Source: Gemmatimonadota bacterium (lineage in GTDB: Bacteria; Gemmatimonadota; Gemmatimonadetes; Gemmatimonadales; GWC2-71-9). Taken from it: a stretch of DNA of 54,599 bases. The position numbers were made by a program, and so were the translations under genes. Below, piece by piece: positions 40,354-49,943 of the stretch (its first letter is position 1; the number at the start of each line of letters is the position of its first letter). The DNA lies in contig QHUR01000034.1 of assembly GCA_003221995.1 (NCBI GenBank), positions 1 through 54,599 of the forward strand. The letters are read 5' to 3'. A model generated the notes under the pieces. That model had not been told where the DNA came from. It searched no databases and was given only the letters and a program-made list of their open reading frames with translations.

Positions 40354-42895
40354 GAAGCTAAAAGAGAAGGCTCGGGGCCTCGAGGCGAAGGACGCGAAGG
40401 CGGCCATCGCGGCGTGGCTGGACGTCATCAAGGAGCAGGAGTCCGAGCGCGATCCCAACCCGGATCTCTCCGTCTTCAATCGCATCGGCGACCTCGCCGC
40501 GAAGGTGAAGGACTCCGCCGGCGCGGCCGAGTGGTACGACCGCGCGGTGGACAAGTACGCCGAGCTGGGGTTCCACAACAACGCCATCGCGATGTGCAAC
40601 AAGGTGCTCCGGAACGCGCCCGGGCGGCAGACCACCTACCTCAAGCTCGCCAAGCTGTATGCGGCCAAAGGCTTCATGGCCGAGGCCCAGCAGAACTTCG
40701 TGACGTACGCCGAGCGGATGCAGAAGGCGGGAAAGCTGCAACAAGCGTTCGCGGCGCTGAAGGAGTTCGCCGACATCTCGCCGGAGAGCGACCACTTGCG
40801 GCAACTGCTGGAGGAGCATCTGCGCATGTACGGGGAGCCGCGGATGTCGCAGGGGCGTGCGAGCGCACCCGCCCCGGCCAAGCCCGCCCGGCCGGTCGAA
40901 GAGGACCCCACGAAGTCCGGCAAGCACAAGACGACGAGCCTCGTGTTCCTGGACGTGGACGCACCTCCGGCCTCCAAGACCAAGCCGGCGGCGCCGGGTG
41001 CGCCCCGCCGGCCGACTGCCCCACCGCCCCCGATCCGCACGCCCTCCCAGCGCCCCCCGTCTCGGGAGCCGGAGCACCTCAAGCTCATCGAGGACGTCAT
41101 GCCGGATCCGGACCTGTCGTTGGAGATCGAGTCCACGAGCCTGATGCAAGACGCGGAGGCGCCGAGCTCACCGGGGATGCTGGAGGGTCTCGAGACGACG
41201 CAGTCCGAGTACGCCAGCCTGGCGGAGGACGGGCTGTCGACGCCGTCGCTGCGCGAAGAGCTGAGCGCCGACGACATCGCGCCCCTGCAGGAGCTGGAGC
41301 CGACGGTGCCGGCGGAGGTGGAGGAGCCCGCGCCGAAGCCGCGGGTCACGATGCCCAAGGTGCCGCCACGGCCGGCGCCCAAGGTGACGCCCGTCGTGCC
41401 GAAGCGACCGCCCGCGTCGCCGTTCAAGACCGCGTCGGCGACCCCCGCCCGCACGGCGGGGCCACCGCCGCGACTCACGGTTCCGAAAGTGACGCCGCCC
41501 GGGCCGAAGATCGCGCCCAGGGTGGGACCGCCGCCGAAGCCGGAGGCGCCGAAGGTCAAGCCGGTCGTGCCCAAGCGACCACCCATCCCCACGGCGCCCC
41601 CCAAGGCCGAGCCGCCCAAGCGCAAGACCGTCGTCGAGGTACCGCCCCTCGAGCTCGAGCCGGACTTCGACATCGCTGCGACCGACGGAAGCTACGACGT
41701 AGACGACGAGCCGCTCGTCGACGAGTCTCTGTCGGCGGCCGGCGTCATCGAGACGGAGGAGGACATTAAGTCCGGCTTCATCGACCTCGGGCTCGACGAG
41801 GCCGTGGGCGGGGCGGAGGAGACCGGCTCGCTCGTGTTCGCCGACATCGAAGAGGCGCCCGCCAAGCCGACGATCGAGGAGCTCGAAGGGCGCGTGGCCG
41901 ACGACCCCGACGACCCGGAGGCGCACCAGGCGCTGGGCGAGGCGCTCATCGAGGAAGGCGAGCGAGAGCGCGGAATCGAGGAGTTGGACCATGCCTCCGC
42001 CGGGTACGAGAATCGGGGCGACCTCGAGCAGGCGCAGGGGCTGGTGGACGAGGTCTTGCGGCTCGACCCGAACAGCGTGCGCCACCGCCAGAAGCTGGTG
42101 GAGTACGCCTTCAAGACGGGCGACAAGGAGAAGCTGATCGACGCCTACCTCGAGCTGGCGGACACGCTGCTGCGCCAGGATCTCCCCGACAAGGCGCGGG
42201 CGGTGTACCAGCGCGTGGCCGAGCACGACCCGACGAACGAGCGTGCCAAGGCGGCGATCGCGATGCTCGCGCCCGTGGCGCCGGCGCCGCCGCAGGCGAG
42301 GCCCGAAAAGAAGGTGGCGGCGAAGGACGCCAAGATGAAGGTGCGCGACGAGGCGGAGGTCGCAGGGGAGTTCGTCGACCTGAGCGCGATGATCCTCGAA
42401 GAGGAGATGCCCCAGCGCGACACGCGCATGAAGGTCGCGGACGAGGAGCCGACGGGAGACGAGGAGCGCGATTTCCACGAGATGTTGAGCCGCTTCCGCC
42501 AGGGGATCGAGGAGAACATCGACGAGGCGGACTTTCAGTCGCACTACGATTTGGGGATCGCCTTCAAGGAGATGGGCCTGCTCGACGAGGCCATCGCCGA
42601 GCTCCAGAAGGCGCTGCGGGCGCCCGAGGGGAAGCTGCGGGTGTCGGAGGCGCTGGGCGCCTGCTTCCTCGAGAAGGGCGCGCACGTGGTGGCGGAATCG
42701 ATCCTGCGGCGCTCGCTCGAGCTCCCCTCCTCGGGTGACCAGGAGCGGCTCGGCATCCTCTACTGGCTCGGGCGTGCGCTGGAGGAGCAGGGCAAGCGCG
42801 TCGAGGCGCGCGAGCTCTACGGGCGAGTGTTCGCCGTGGACATCCGGTTCATGGACGTCGGCGAGCGCGTGAAGGCGCTCGCCAGGGCCAAGTAG
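40340..42895 (+). CDS. Large TPR protein with a central proline/lysine-rich low-complexity region (function unknown)
   Basis: The 851-aa product has N-terminal TPR-like helices (AAEWYDRAVDKYAELGFHNNAIAMCNKVL...). The Pro-rich core has internal repeats (PKVTPVVPKRPP / PKVKPVVPKRPP). C-terminal TPRs include 'HYDLGIAFKEMGLLDEAIAELQKAL' and 'LYWLGRALEEQGKRVEARELYGRVFAVDIRFMDVGERV'. Confidence 0.6.
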   Translation: MSKLEKLKEKARGLEAKDAKAAIAAWLDVIKEQESERDPNPDLSVFNRIGDLAAKVKDSAGAAEWYDRAVDKYAELGFHNNAIAMCNKVLRNAPGRQTTYLKLAKLYAAKGFMAEAQQNFVTYAERMQKAGKLQQAFAALKEFADISPESDHLRQLLEEHLRMYGEPRMSQGRASAPAPAKPARPVEEDPTKSGKHKTTSLVFLDVDAPPASKTKPAAPGAPRRPTAPPPPIRTPSQRPPSREPEHLKLIEDVMPDPDLSLEIESTSLMQDAEAPSSPGMLEGLETTQSEYASLAEDGLSTPSLREELSADDIAPLQELEPTVPAEVEEPAPKPRVTMPKVPPRPAPKVTPVVPKRPPASPFKTASATPARTAGPPPRLTVPKVTPPGPKIAPRVGPPPKPEAPKVKPVVPKRPPIPTAPPKAEPPKRKTVVEVPPLELEPDFDIAATDGSYDVDDEPLVDESLSAAGVIETEEDIKSGFIDLGLDEAVGGAEETGSLVFADIEEAPAKPTIEELEGRVADDPDDPEAHQALGEALIEEGERERGIEELDHASAGYENRGDLEQAQGLVDEVLRLDPNSVRHRQKLVEYAFKTGDKEKLIDAYLELADTLLRQDLPDKARAVYQRVAEHDPTNERAKAAIAMLAPVAPAPPQARPEKKVAAKDAKMKVRDEAEVAGEFVDLSAMILEEEMPQRDTRMKVADEEPTGDEERDFHEMLSRFRQGIEENIDEADFQSHYDLGIAFKEMGLLDEAIAELQKALRAPEGKLRVSEALGACFLEKGAHVVAESILRRSLELPSSGDQERLGILYWLGRALEEQGKRVEARELYGRVFAVDIRFMDVGERVKALARAK

Positions 42896-42896
42896 C

Positions 42897-43886
42897 GTGA
42901 GTCAGCAGCTCGCGCGCGTCTCGCTGCGCGACGTCCAGCGCCCCGTGGCGGGCGAGCTGGAGCGCGTGGTCGGGGAGCTGCGTCGCATCATCGCCGCCGA
43001 CTTCCCGATCATCGTCGAGGTGAACGCCCATCTCGTGCGGATGAAAGGGAAGCTGTTCCGCCCCACCCTCCTGCTGCTGAGCCATCAGGCGGGTGGCGCC
43101 GGCGACCCACGCGCGGTGACGCTGGGGGCGGTGGTCGAGCTGATTCACCTCGCCACGCTGGTGCACGACGACTCCGTGGATCACTCCGTGTTGCGGCGCG
43201 GGATGCCCACGGTCAATGCGCTGTTCTCCCACCAGGTCGCCGTGATCATGGGAGACTATCTCTACTCCCGGGCGATCATCGAGCTCGTGGCGCTCCACGA
43301 CCTCGAGCCGCTGCGCGTGTTCGCCCGCGTCACCAACGAGATGACGATCGGCGAGATGCGCCAGCTCGAGGCGCACGACAAGCTCGCGTACAGCGAGGCG
43401 GCGTACGACCAGCTGATTCGCTCGAAGACGGCGTCCCTCCTCTCCGCCGCCTGCGAGGTCGGGGCGCTGCGCGCCGCCGCGGAGCACCGCGAGGCGCTGG
43501 CGCGCTTCGGTGAGCACCTCGGCATGGCCTTCCAGATCACCGACGACCTGCTCGACTACACGGAGTCGGAGGAGGTGACGGGAAAGCCGGTCGGCCTCGA
43601 TCTCAAGGAGCACAAGGTGACGCTGCCGCTGATCGCTGCGCTGGGGCAGATGGGGCAGGGGGAGCGGCGCGTCGTGGCCGACCTGATGGTGGCGCCCGAC
43701 CCCCCGGACGACCTTGTGGGGGAGGTGATCGGGCTCGTGGGAGCGGCCGGTGGTCTCGACTACGCGCGGCGGCGTGCGCTGGAGCGTGCCCAGCTCGCGG
43801 AGGCGGAGCTCGAGGTGCTCCCGCCCACGGCCGCGCGCGAGGCACTGCGCGACAGCATCGCGTATGCGGTGGAGCGCCGCAGTTAG
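42897..43886 (+). CDS. Long-chain polyprenyl diphosphate synthase (IspB-like)
   Basis: The first Asp-rich motif is 'LVHDDSVDHSVLRRG' and the second is 'FQITDDLLDY'. 'GKPVGLDLKEHKVTLPLI' is also present. Confidence 0.85.
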   Translation: MSQQLARVSLRDVQRPVAGELERVVGELRRIIAADFPIIVEVNAHLVRMKGKLFRPTLLLLSHQAGGAGDPRAVTLGAVVELIHLATLVHDDSVDHSVLRRGMPTVNALFSHQVAVIMGDYLYSRAIIELVALHDLEPLRVFARVTNEMTIGEMRQLEAHDKLAYSEAAYDQLIRSKTASLLSAACEVGALRAAAEHREALARFGEHLGMAFQITDDLLDYTESEEVTGKPVGLDLKEHKVTLPLIAALGQMGQGERRVVADLMVAPDPPDDLVGEVIGLVGAAGGLDYARRRALERAQLAEAELEVLPPTAAREALRDSIAYAVERRS

Positions 43887-43889
43887 GCC

Positions 43890-44162
43890 GTGGCGCGGGG
43901 TGATCGTGGTCCGCTATTTTACTTCTGGTGGCTCGGGGGTGGATTCGTCCTCGGCGGGCTGTTGCACTCCGCCATGCGACGCTTCCTGCCGCAGGGGCCG
44001 GCCAAGGAGATCTTCACCTGGGCGGTGACCCCCACCATCGGGCCGGTCCACATCGACCTGCTGGTGGTGTCGATCACGCTCGGTCCGATCGGGCTCGACG
44101 TGTCGCTGATGGCGCTCGTGGGCGTAGTGATCGCCTACTTCTTCGCTCGATCGATCTTCTGA
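43890..44162 (+). CDS. Small (90-aa) two-TM membrane protein, hypothetical (resembles the DUF4321 pattern from memory)
   Basis: The product has 'FYFWWLGGGFVLGGLL' and the C-terminal 'LMALVGVVIAYFFARSIF' hydrophobic segments. The gene is tightly packed between ispB-like and tatA. Confidence 0.45.
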   Translation: MARGDRGPLFYFWWLGGGFVLGGLLHSAMRRFLPQGPAKEIFTWAVTPTIGPVHIDLLVVSITLGPIGLDVSLMALVGVVIAYFFARSIF

Positions 44163-44174
44163 CGCGAGGCACGT

Positions 44175-44411
44175 ATGTTTGGGGACCTGTCGTTCAGCCA
44201 CATCCTGATCCTGCTGCTCGTTCTGGTGCTCGTGTTCGGCGCGAAGCGGATCCCGGAGATCGGCTCGTCGTTGGGTCAGGGGATCAAGGAGTTCAAGCGG
44301 AGCTTGAAGGACGTCGTGGGCGACGAGCCGGCCGCGCCACGCACCGCTCCGCCCGCCTCCACTTCGTCCTCCCTCCCCTCGGGCGGGGAGCCGAAGCGCC
44401 TCAACCAGTAG
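44175..44411 (+). CDS. tatA: Twin-arginine translocase subunit TatA/E
   Basis: 'ILILLLVLVLVFGAKRIPEIGSSLGQGIKEFKRSL' shows a TM helix, the FG hinge and an amphipathic helix. Confidence 0.85.
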   Translation: MFGDLSFSHILILLLVLVLVFGAKRIPEIGSSLGQGIKEFKRSLKDVVGDEPAAPRTAPPASTSSSLPSGGEPKRLNQ

Positions 44412-44422
44412 CGGGAGGGGAG

Positions 44423-44629
44423 ATGCTGGGCAACCTGAGCGGCGGCGAAATCCTCATCCTGCTGCTCGTCGTGCTGCTGGTGTTCGGGGCGGGTCGCCTG
44501 CCGGAAGCCGGCAAAGCGGTGGGCAAGGGACTGCGCGAATTCAGCCGCGCCCTGAACGAGGCACGGGACTCTATCGAGCGGCCAGCCGAGCCGCCGCGGG
44601 ACGCGCGTCCCAAGCGGCTGGTCGACTAG
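44423..44629 (+). CDS. Second TatA-family protein (possibly TatB-like)
   Basis: An internal ATG at 44423 is preceded by GGAGGGGAG. The product reads 'MLGNLSGGEILILLLVVLLVFGAGRLPEAGKAVGKGLREFSRAL'. The Glu at position 9 sits where TatB proteins carry a conserved Glu. Confidence 0.75.
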   Translation: MLGNLSGGEILILLLVVLLVFGAGRLPEAGKAVGKGLREFSRALNEARDSIERPAEPPRDARPKRLVD

Positions 44630-44653
44630 CGTCGACTCCCTCTCCGGGCCGCT

Positions 44654-46492
44654 TTACGCGCCGGTCGCGCTTTGCGGCCGAAACACTTCCTTGCGCCGGT
44701 CCACGATCTTGGCCTGCGCGCGCAACGCCGTGACATACGCCTGAATTCGTGCCTGGCGCGCCTGGTCGAGCATCGCCTGGCGCTGCGCGTCGCGTTGCTT
44801 GAGCCAGGCCGCCGAGTCGGCCGGCACGCGCGCCAGGGACTGCACCAGGAAGAAGCCCGTCTGGCCCGCGAGGAGGCCGCTCGTCTCACCCGGCTTTAGG
44901 CCGAATGCCGCGCCCAGCACCAGCGGCTCCACGCTGAGCTTGGCGGGCGGCTGCAGCCGCGTGAACGGGCCGAGCTTCTCCACCGCGAGTCCGGCAGCGG
45001 CGCCCGCTCGCAGCAGATCCTTCGCTCCCTTGAAGCGCGCCGCCAGCTGCTCGGCGCGTTGCCGGGCGATCTCCTTCTTGCGCTCGGAGCGCGCCCGCTC
45101 CAGCACCCGGCCGCGGATCTCGGCGAGCGTGGGGACGCGCTCGGGCGTGAGCGAGTCGAGCCGGAACACATAGTAGGCGGCCGGCCCCTCGATCACCGGG
45201 CTCGTCTCGCCCGGGGCGCGTCCTTCGAAGGCCCACACGCTCACGTCGGGCACGGCCCGCCCACCGAGCAGCAAGCGCTCGCCTTGGACGAGCGTGGGCG
45301 CCCGCTCCACCGCCAGGTGGAGCCGATGGGCCGCGCTGTCCAGCGCGCCGGGCTCGGTGCGCTCGGCCGCCAGCCGGTCGAGCGAGTCGGCGCGCGCGTC
45401 CACCGCGTCCAGGTGCGCACCCTGCAGGACGACGGGGACCAGAATGTGGCGCACGCGCACGGAATCGCCCCGCGCCGCGTCGACGCGGATGAGGTGGTAT
45501 CCGAAGCTCGAGAGCACGGGCTCCGAGACCTGGCCCGGGGTGAGCCCCCTGAGCCCCTTCAGGAACAGCGGGTCGAAGCCGCTCGCCTCGGGGCGGATCC
45601 AGCCGAGGTCGCCACCCTTCGCGCCCGAGACCGAATCGGCCGACTCGCGCTTCGCGACCTCCTCGAACTTTGCGGGCCCCTGGGCGGCCTCGACGCGCAG
45701 CTTGCGCACGCGCGCGCGCGCCGCCGCGCTGTCCGCGGCGTCGGGCACGCGGGGCACGGCGACGAAGCTCAAGGACGCCGTCGCGCGCTGCGTGAACGCG
45801 GCGGCGTGCGCCCGGTAGTAGCCCTCCAGCTCGGCATCGGAAACCGGGGTGTCGGCATCGGCGATCTGCTCGGGCCGCACCGCGAGCAGGGCGATGGTGA
45901 CGGCCTCGTGCTGGTCACGGTAGATGCGCCACAGCTTCGCGTCGGAGACGTAGACGTCGGCCGTCACGTACTGCGCGAGCTTCAACTGAGGGATCTGGTC
46001 GCGATAGCGCGCTTCGAGCTGCTCCAGGAATCGTGGGTCGCTTCCCGAAGCGAGAAACCGCTGCCACTTGCTGATGTCGAACTGGCCGTTGGTTTGGAAT
46101 TCCGGCGCGCCCATGACCTCGGGCGGCGGAGAGCTGCGCGCCGCCTGGATCACCTCTTCGTCGCTCACGGTGATGCCGAGCCGCTTGTACTCCTGCTCGA
46201 ACAGGAGCTGCTGGACGAGCTGCTGCACCACTTGATCCGAGATCTGCTGCTCGTCTTCACGCGTCAGCGGGGCGCCTCCCTGACGCCGGTACTGGCCAAG
46301 CGCGGCTTGCAGCGCCTGCTGGTACTGGGGCGCGTGGACGGCCCGGCCGTTGACCTTGAGCACCACATCCGCCCCACCGTACTGCCCGCGGCCCGTCACG
46401 CCCATCCCCACGTCGAACACGAGCCACCCGACGAACGCGAAGGCCAGGATGTAGAAGATCCACTTCGCATTCTCGCGCATCGCACGCAGCAT
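44654..46492 (-). CDS. ppiD: Periplasmic chaperone / peptidyl-prolyl isomerase PpiD-like (membrane-anchored, SurA-N plus parvulin domain)
   Basis: This is the only convincing minus-strand gene. Starting at the ATG at 46492 gives 'MLRAMRENAKWIFYILAFAFVGWLVFDVG' (N-terminal anchor). The parvulin-like region is 'GGDLGWIRPEASGFDPLFLKGLRGLTPGQVSEPVLSSFGYHLIRV'. Confidence 0.75.
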   Translation of the reverse strand: MLRAMRENAKWIFYILAFAFVGWLVFDVGMGVTGRGQYGGADVVLKVNGRAVHAPQYQQALQAALGQYRRQGGAPLTREDEQQISDQVVQQLVQQLLFEQEYKRLGITVSDEEVIQAARSSPPPEVMGAPEFQTNGQFDISKWQRFLASGSDPRFLEQLEARYRDQIPQLKLAQYVTADVYVSDAKLWRIYRDQHEAVTIALLAVRPEQIADADTPVSDAELEGYYRAHAAAFTQRATASLSFVAVPRVPDAADSAAARARVRKLRVEAAQGPAKFEEVAKRESADSVSGAKGGDLGWIRPEASGFDPLFLKGLRGLTPGQVSEPVLSSFGYHLIRVDAARGDSVRVRHILVPVVLQGAHLDAVDARADSLDRLAAERTEPGALDSAAHRLHLAVERAPTLVQGERLLLGGRAVPDVSVWAFEGRAPGETSPVIEGPAAYYVFRLDSLTPERVPTLAEIRGRVLERARSERKKEIARQRAEQLAARFKGAKDLLRAGAAAGLAVEKLGPFTRLQPPAKLSVEPLVLGAAFGLKPGETSGLLAGQTGFFLVQSLARVPADSAAWLKQRDAQRQAMLDQARQARIQAYVTALRAQAKIVDRRKEVFRPQSATGA

Positions 46493-46582
46493 GGCGCACC
46501 GAGCTCCGGGTGAGAGGGGGTCGAAGGGGCATAAGTGTAAGAGTGGCAACGGGGGAACTCAAGCGAAGTCAACGGTTTCCGA

Positions 46583-46610
46583 TTGACACTGGCGGCCGGA
46601 ATCTTATCTT
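46583..46610 (+). promoter_or_regulatory. Candidate sigma-70-type promoter in the divergent ppiD / TPR-gene gap
   Basis: TTGACA (46583-46588), a 16-nt spacer and TATCTT (46605-46610) lie in an AT-richer gap, about 27 nt upstream of the GTG at 46638. The -10 element is weak. Confidence 0.3.
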
Positions 46611-46637
46611 CGTCCAATTCCCACATAGACTTAGGCC

Positions 46638-48380
46638 GTGGCCTACACCAGTGAGATTGAGAAGCTCGAGAAGCGATGGGCCGAGAACCCCAAGGGTCGG
46701 AACTTCGCGCCCTTGGCGGATGCCTATCGTAAAGCAGGGGAACTAGATAGGGCGATCGAGCTGTGCAAGTCCGGGCTCGAGCGGCACCCCGACTACGTGA
46801 GCGCCCACATCGTGTACGGGCGCTGCCTGGTAGACCAGAGGCAAGACCGTGCCGCGGGTGAGGTGTTCCAGAAAGTCCTGACGCTCGATCCCGAGAATAT
46901 CCTCGCGTTGCGTGTCCTGGCGGAGATCTGCGAGCGGGGCAAGCGCTTCGACGAGGAGGTCGGCTGGCTCGCGAAGCTCCTCGCCATCGATCCCATGAAT
47001 GGCGACGCGGCCGAGGCCCTCGCGCGGGCGAAGGGCAAAGCCGCGGCGGCCACGAAGGCGACGGAGCTGATCGTCCCTACGGTCGCTCCGGCCCACGCCG
47101 CTCCCGCACGTGCGGCTCCCACGCCCCGGCCGGCTTTCACTGCTGCACCCAAGGTTGCCGCCCCCGCCCCCGCCCCCCGGCCCGCCCCTCGGGCAGCGGC
47201 CGCCGCGAGCGCCGCTCCCGCTGCGCCTGCAAAACCCGATTACGTCATAGAGCACGGGTCTCTGGCGGAGGCCGAGCTCCCCGTCGCAGCGCCCAAGCCG
47301 TCGGACGACATCGAGACGTTCGACGGTGCGATCGGGTTCAATACCGTGGCGCACGACGCCGCGAAGGCGGAAGGGTTGGAGGTGCAGGAGGACGTCGTCC
47401 TCAAGCCGCAGAAGCTGGACGTGGAGGGCCTCGCCCCGACTCAGTACGAAAGCGGCACGTCGCCCGATGAGGACCTGCCGCAAGTGGACCTCCCCCTCAT
47501 CATGCCGGAGGACGTGATGCCTGCCGCGAGGCCACGTGCTGCGGCGCCGCCACCACCCGCTCCGTCTCCGCGACCTGCTCCATCCCCGCCGCCGCCCCCG
47601 TCCCCACCCCAGCCCCCGCCCAAGGCGGCGACTCCGGCACCGGCCGCGGTGGTCCTGTCGGATGACGACGGCGCGGCCGATCAGGCGGCGCTGTCCCGGG
47701 CAGCGCCGGTGCTGACCGAGACGATGGCGGAGCTGTACATCAAGCAGGGGCACACCGAGGATGGCTTGCGCGTCTATCAGGCGTTGCTGGCGCAACGGCC
47801 TGGGGATGTGAAGCTCCGGACCAAGGTGGACCAACTGATGGGGAAGGGGCCACCTCCCGCTCGCAGCGGTCAGTCGGCGCAAGCGTTCCTGCGGAGTATT
47901 CTCGTGCGGCGCCCGGTGCGGGGAGAGGCTTCGTCCCTCGAGCAGGCGTTCGCCGCGGCGACGCTGGAGCCGGAGCTGCCGGTGCTGGGAGAAGCGACGC
48001 GGCCGGCGAGCGACACGATCTCGCTCGATGCCGTCTTCGGGGAGGAGACGGCGAGACCCTCACGATCCGAGACGCTGCCACCCCCTGGTAGTGCCGCCCC
48101 GCAACCCGGAGGTGGGGAGGCGGGGGGCGCGGGGGCGGGGGGGGCCGCGGGGGCGGGGGGGGCCGCGGGGGCCGTTGCGGGGAGCCCAGGGAGTGCCACT
48201 GGGGGCTTCTCGTTCGACCAGTTCTTCAGTGGGGGTGCCGAAGGGACGGCGGGCGCGGGTGGTGGTGAGCCACTGGCCAAGGGTCCGGGCCGGCCCTCCG
48301 GTGGGAAGGGTCGACCGCCGGTCGAGGACGAGGCGGCCCTCGACCAGTTCCAGGCCTGGCTGAAGGGCCTCAAGTCCTAG
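46638..48380 (+). CDS. TPR protein with central Pro/Ala-rich and C-terminal Gly/Ala-rich low-complexity regions (function unknown)
   Basis: The 580-aa product has N-terminal TPRs ('[39 protein letters not shown]', '[18 protein letters not shown]'), a Pro-rich core ([25 protein letters not shown]) and one more TPR ('[28 protein letters not shown]'). Confidence 0.6.
   Translation: MAYTSEIEKLEKRWAENPKGRNFAPLADAYRKAGELDRAIELCKSGLERHPDYVSAHIVYGRCLVDQRQDRAAGEVFQKVLTLDPENILALRVLAEICERGKRFDEEVGWLAKLLAIDPMNGDAAEALARAKGKAAAATKATELIVPTVAPAHAAPARAAPTPRPAFTAAPKVAAPAPAPRPAPRAAAAASAAPAAPAKPDYVIEHGSLAEAELPVAAPKPSDDIETFDGAIGFNTVAHDAAKAEGLEVQEDVVLKPQKLDVEGLAPTQYESGTSPDEDLPQVDLPLIMPEDVMPAARPRAAAPPPPAPSPRPAPSPPPPPSPPQPPPKAATPAPAAVVLSDDDGAADQAALSRAAPVLTETMAELYIKQGHTEDGLRVYQALLAQRPGDVKLRTKVDQLMGKGPPPARSGQSAQAFLRSILVRRPVRGEASSLEQAFAAATLEPELPVLGEATRPASDTISLDAVFGEETARPSRSETLPPPGSAAPQPGGGEAGGAGAGGAAGAGGAAGAVAGSPGSATGGFSFDQFFSGGAEGTAGAGGGEPLAKGPGRPSGGKGRPPVEDEAALDQFQAWLKGLKS
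48129..48173. repeat. Perfect 18-nt tandem duplication (plus a 9-nt partial third copy) containing two G8 homopolymers, in frame within the TPR gene
   Basis: GCGGGGGCGGGGGGGGCC occurs at 48129-48146 and again at 48147-48164, followed by GCGGGGGCC. The G8 runs are at 48137-48144 and 48155-48162. The repeat encodes (GAGGAA)x2. Confidence 0.9.
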
Positions 48381-48826
48381 TGCACATCGCCGTGCTGAAC
48401 GGCCCCAACCTCAATCTGCTGGGAGAGCGCGAACCGGAGATCTACGGTCGCGCCACCCTGGCGGAAATCGAGGCGTCGACCCGCGAGCGGGCCCGCGCGC
48501 TCGGCGTCGAGTGCAGCTGGACGCAGACGAACCACGAGGGTGAGCTGATCGACGCGATCCAGGGGCTGCGAGGTCGCGCCGACGGGGCGCTCGTCAACGC
48601 CGCGGCCTTCACGCACACGAGCTTCGCGGTGCGGGACGCGCTGCTGGCCGTGCGCCTGCCGTTCGTGGAGGTGCACCTGTCGAACATCTTCGCGCGCGAG
48701 CCGGAGCGGCGCCGCTCCCTGCTCGCGGACGCGGCGGTCGGGGTGGTGGCGGGGTTCGGTGCGGACAGCTATCGGTTGGGACTCGAGGGCCTGGTCGGTT
48801 ATCTCGCGTCCCGCCATGGGAGCTGA
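48380..48826 (+). CDS. aroQ: Type II 3-dehydroquinate dehydratase
   Basis: The product carries '[19 protein letters not shown]', '[10 protein letters not shown]' and '[16 protein letters not shown]...VEVHLSNI'. Confidence 0.9.
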   Translation: MHIAVLNGPNLNLLGEREPEIYGRATLAEIEASTRERARALGVECSWTQTNHEGELIDAIQGLRGRADGALVNAAAFTHTSFAVRDALLAVRLPFVEVHLSNIFAREPERRRSLLADAAVGVVAGFGADSYRLGLEGLVGYLASRHGS

Positions 48827-49910
48827 TCCGCGGCACGCGCGGCACGAGGCGCTCGCGCGGGCGCTGGAGGCGGAGGGGCTGGATGGCGTGCTGGTCACGT
48901 CGCGCGCCAACATCCGTTATCTGACGGGCTTCAGCGGCTCGGCGGCGCTGGTGGCGGCGACGCGGGCCGACCTCCTGCTGGTGACCGACTTCCGCTACGA
49001 TGAGCAGGCGCGCGCGGAAGCGGCGGCGGTGGCGCGGGTCGAGATCGAGAGCACGAGCGTGTGGGAGCGGCTCTTCAAGGAGTTGGCCACGCTCGGCTCC
49101 CTGGTGGCGGTCGGGTACGAGGCGCACGCGCTCACGGTGAAGGACGCCGAGCGGCTGACGGAAGGCGGCAAGCCGTGGCGCTGGAAGCCGACCACGGAGC
49201 TGGTCGAGCGGCTGCGCGTGCGGAAGGATGCGGGTGAAGTGGCCGCGATCAAGAGCGCGGCGGTGCTCGCGGGAGAGGCGCTCGCGGGCACGCTGCGGCA
49301 CGTGCGGCCGGGGCTGACCGAGCTCGAGATCGCCGGGCTCCTGGAAGGGGCACTGCGGCGCCTGGGGAGCGAGGGCCATCCCTTCCCGACCATCGTCGCG
49401 TCGGGGCCGCGCACCGCCCTGCCGCACGCGCGCTCCAGCCGTCGCACCGTGGCGGCCGGGGATTGGCTGCTGCTAGACTTTGGCGCCCAGGTGGACGGCT
49501 ACTGCGCCGACATCACGCGTACCGTGGTCGTGGGCGCGCGGGCGACCGAGCGGCAGCGGAGTCTGTACGCGCTGGTGGAGGAGGCGCAGCGGCGGGCGCG
49601 CGCGGGCGTGCGGGCGGGGATGGCCGGGCGCGAGGCGGATGCCCTGGCGCGCGACCTGATCGCGGCGCGGGGTTTCGGCGACGCATTCGGACACTCACTG
49701 GGCCACGGCATCGGACTCGAGGTGCACGAGGCGCCGCGGCTCGCGAAGACCAACGCAGATCCGCTGCCTGTGGGCGCCGTCGTGACGATCGAGCCGGGTG
49801 TGTACCTCGCGGGCCAGGGCGGCGTGCGGATCGAGGACGACGTGCACCTGGCGGCCGCGGGACCCGAACTGCTCTCGGACGGACGCAGCGAGCTCGTCGA
49901 GCTGGATTGA
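48816..49910 (+). CDS. M24-family Xaa-Pro aminopeptidase/dipeptidase
   Basis: The ATG at 48816 overlaps the aroQ end. The creatinase-like N-domain is '[19 protein letters not shown]'. Metal ligands are in '[16 protein letters not shown]', '[13 protein letters not shown]' and 'VTIEPGVY...GGVRIED'. Confidence 0.8.
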   Translation: MGADPRHARHEALARALEAEGLDGVLVTSRANIRYLTGFSGSAALVAATRADLLLVTDFRYDEQARAEAAAVARVEIESTSVWERLFKELATLGSLVAVGYEAHALTVKDAERLTEGGKPWRWKPTTELVERLRVRKDAGEVAAIKSAAVLAGEALAGTLRHVRPGLTELEIAGLLEGALRRLGSEGHPFPTIVASGPRTALPHARSSRRTVAAGDWLLLDFGAQVDGYCADITRTVVVGARATERQRSLYALVEEAQRRARAGVRAGMAGREADALARDLIAARGFGDAFGHSLGHGIGLEVHEAPRLAKTNADPLPVGAVVTIEPGVYLAGQGGVRIEDDVHLAAAGPELLSDGRSELVELD

Positions 49911-49943
49911 CGGACACCTTCACCCGGTAGTCTATTTGCCCCT

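Noticed and set aside
48100-48180. I considered whether the G-rich 18-nt tandem repeat could be a CRISPR array or another spaced repeat.
   Set aside because: The copies are directly adjacent with no spacers. There are only about 2.5 units, and they are in frame inside a coding region. No cas genes are present. It is a simple tandem duplication.
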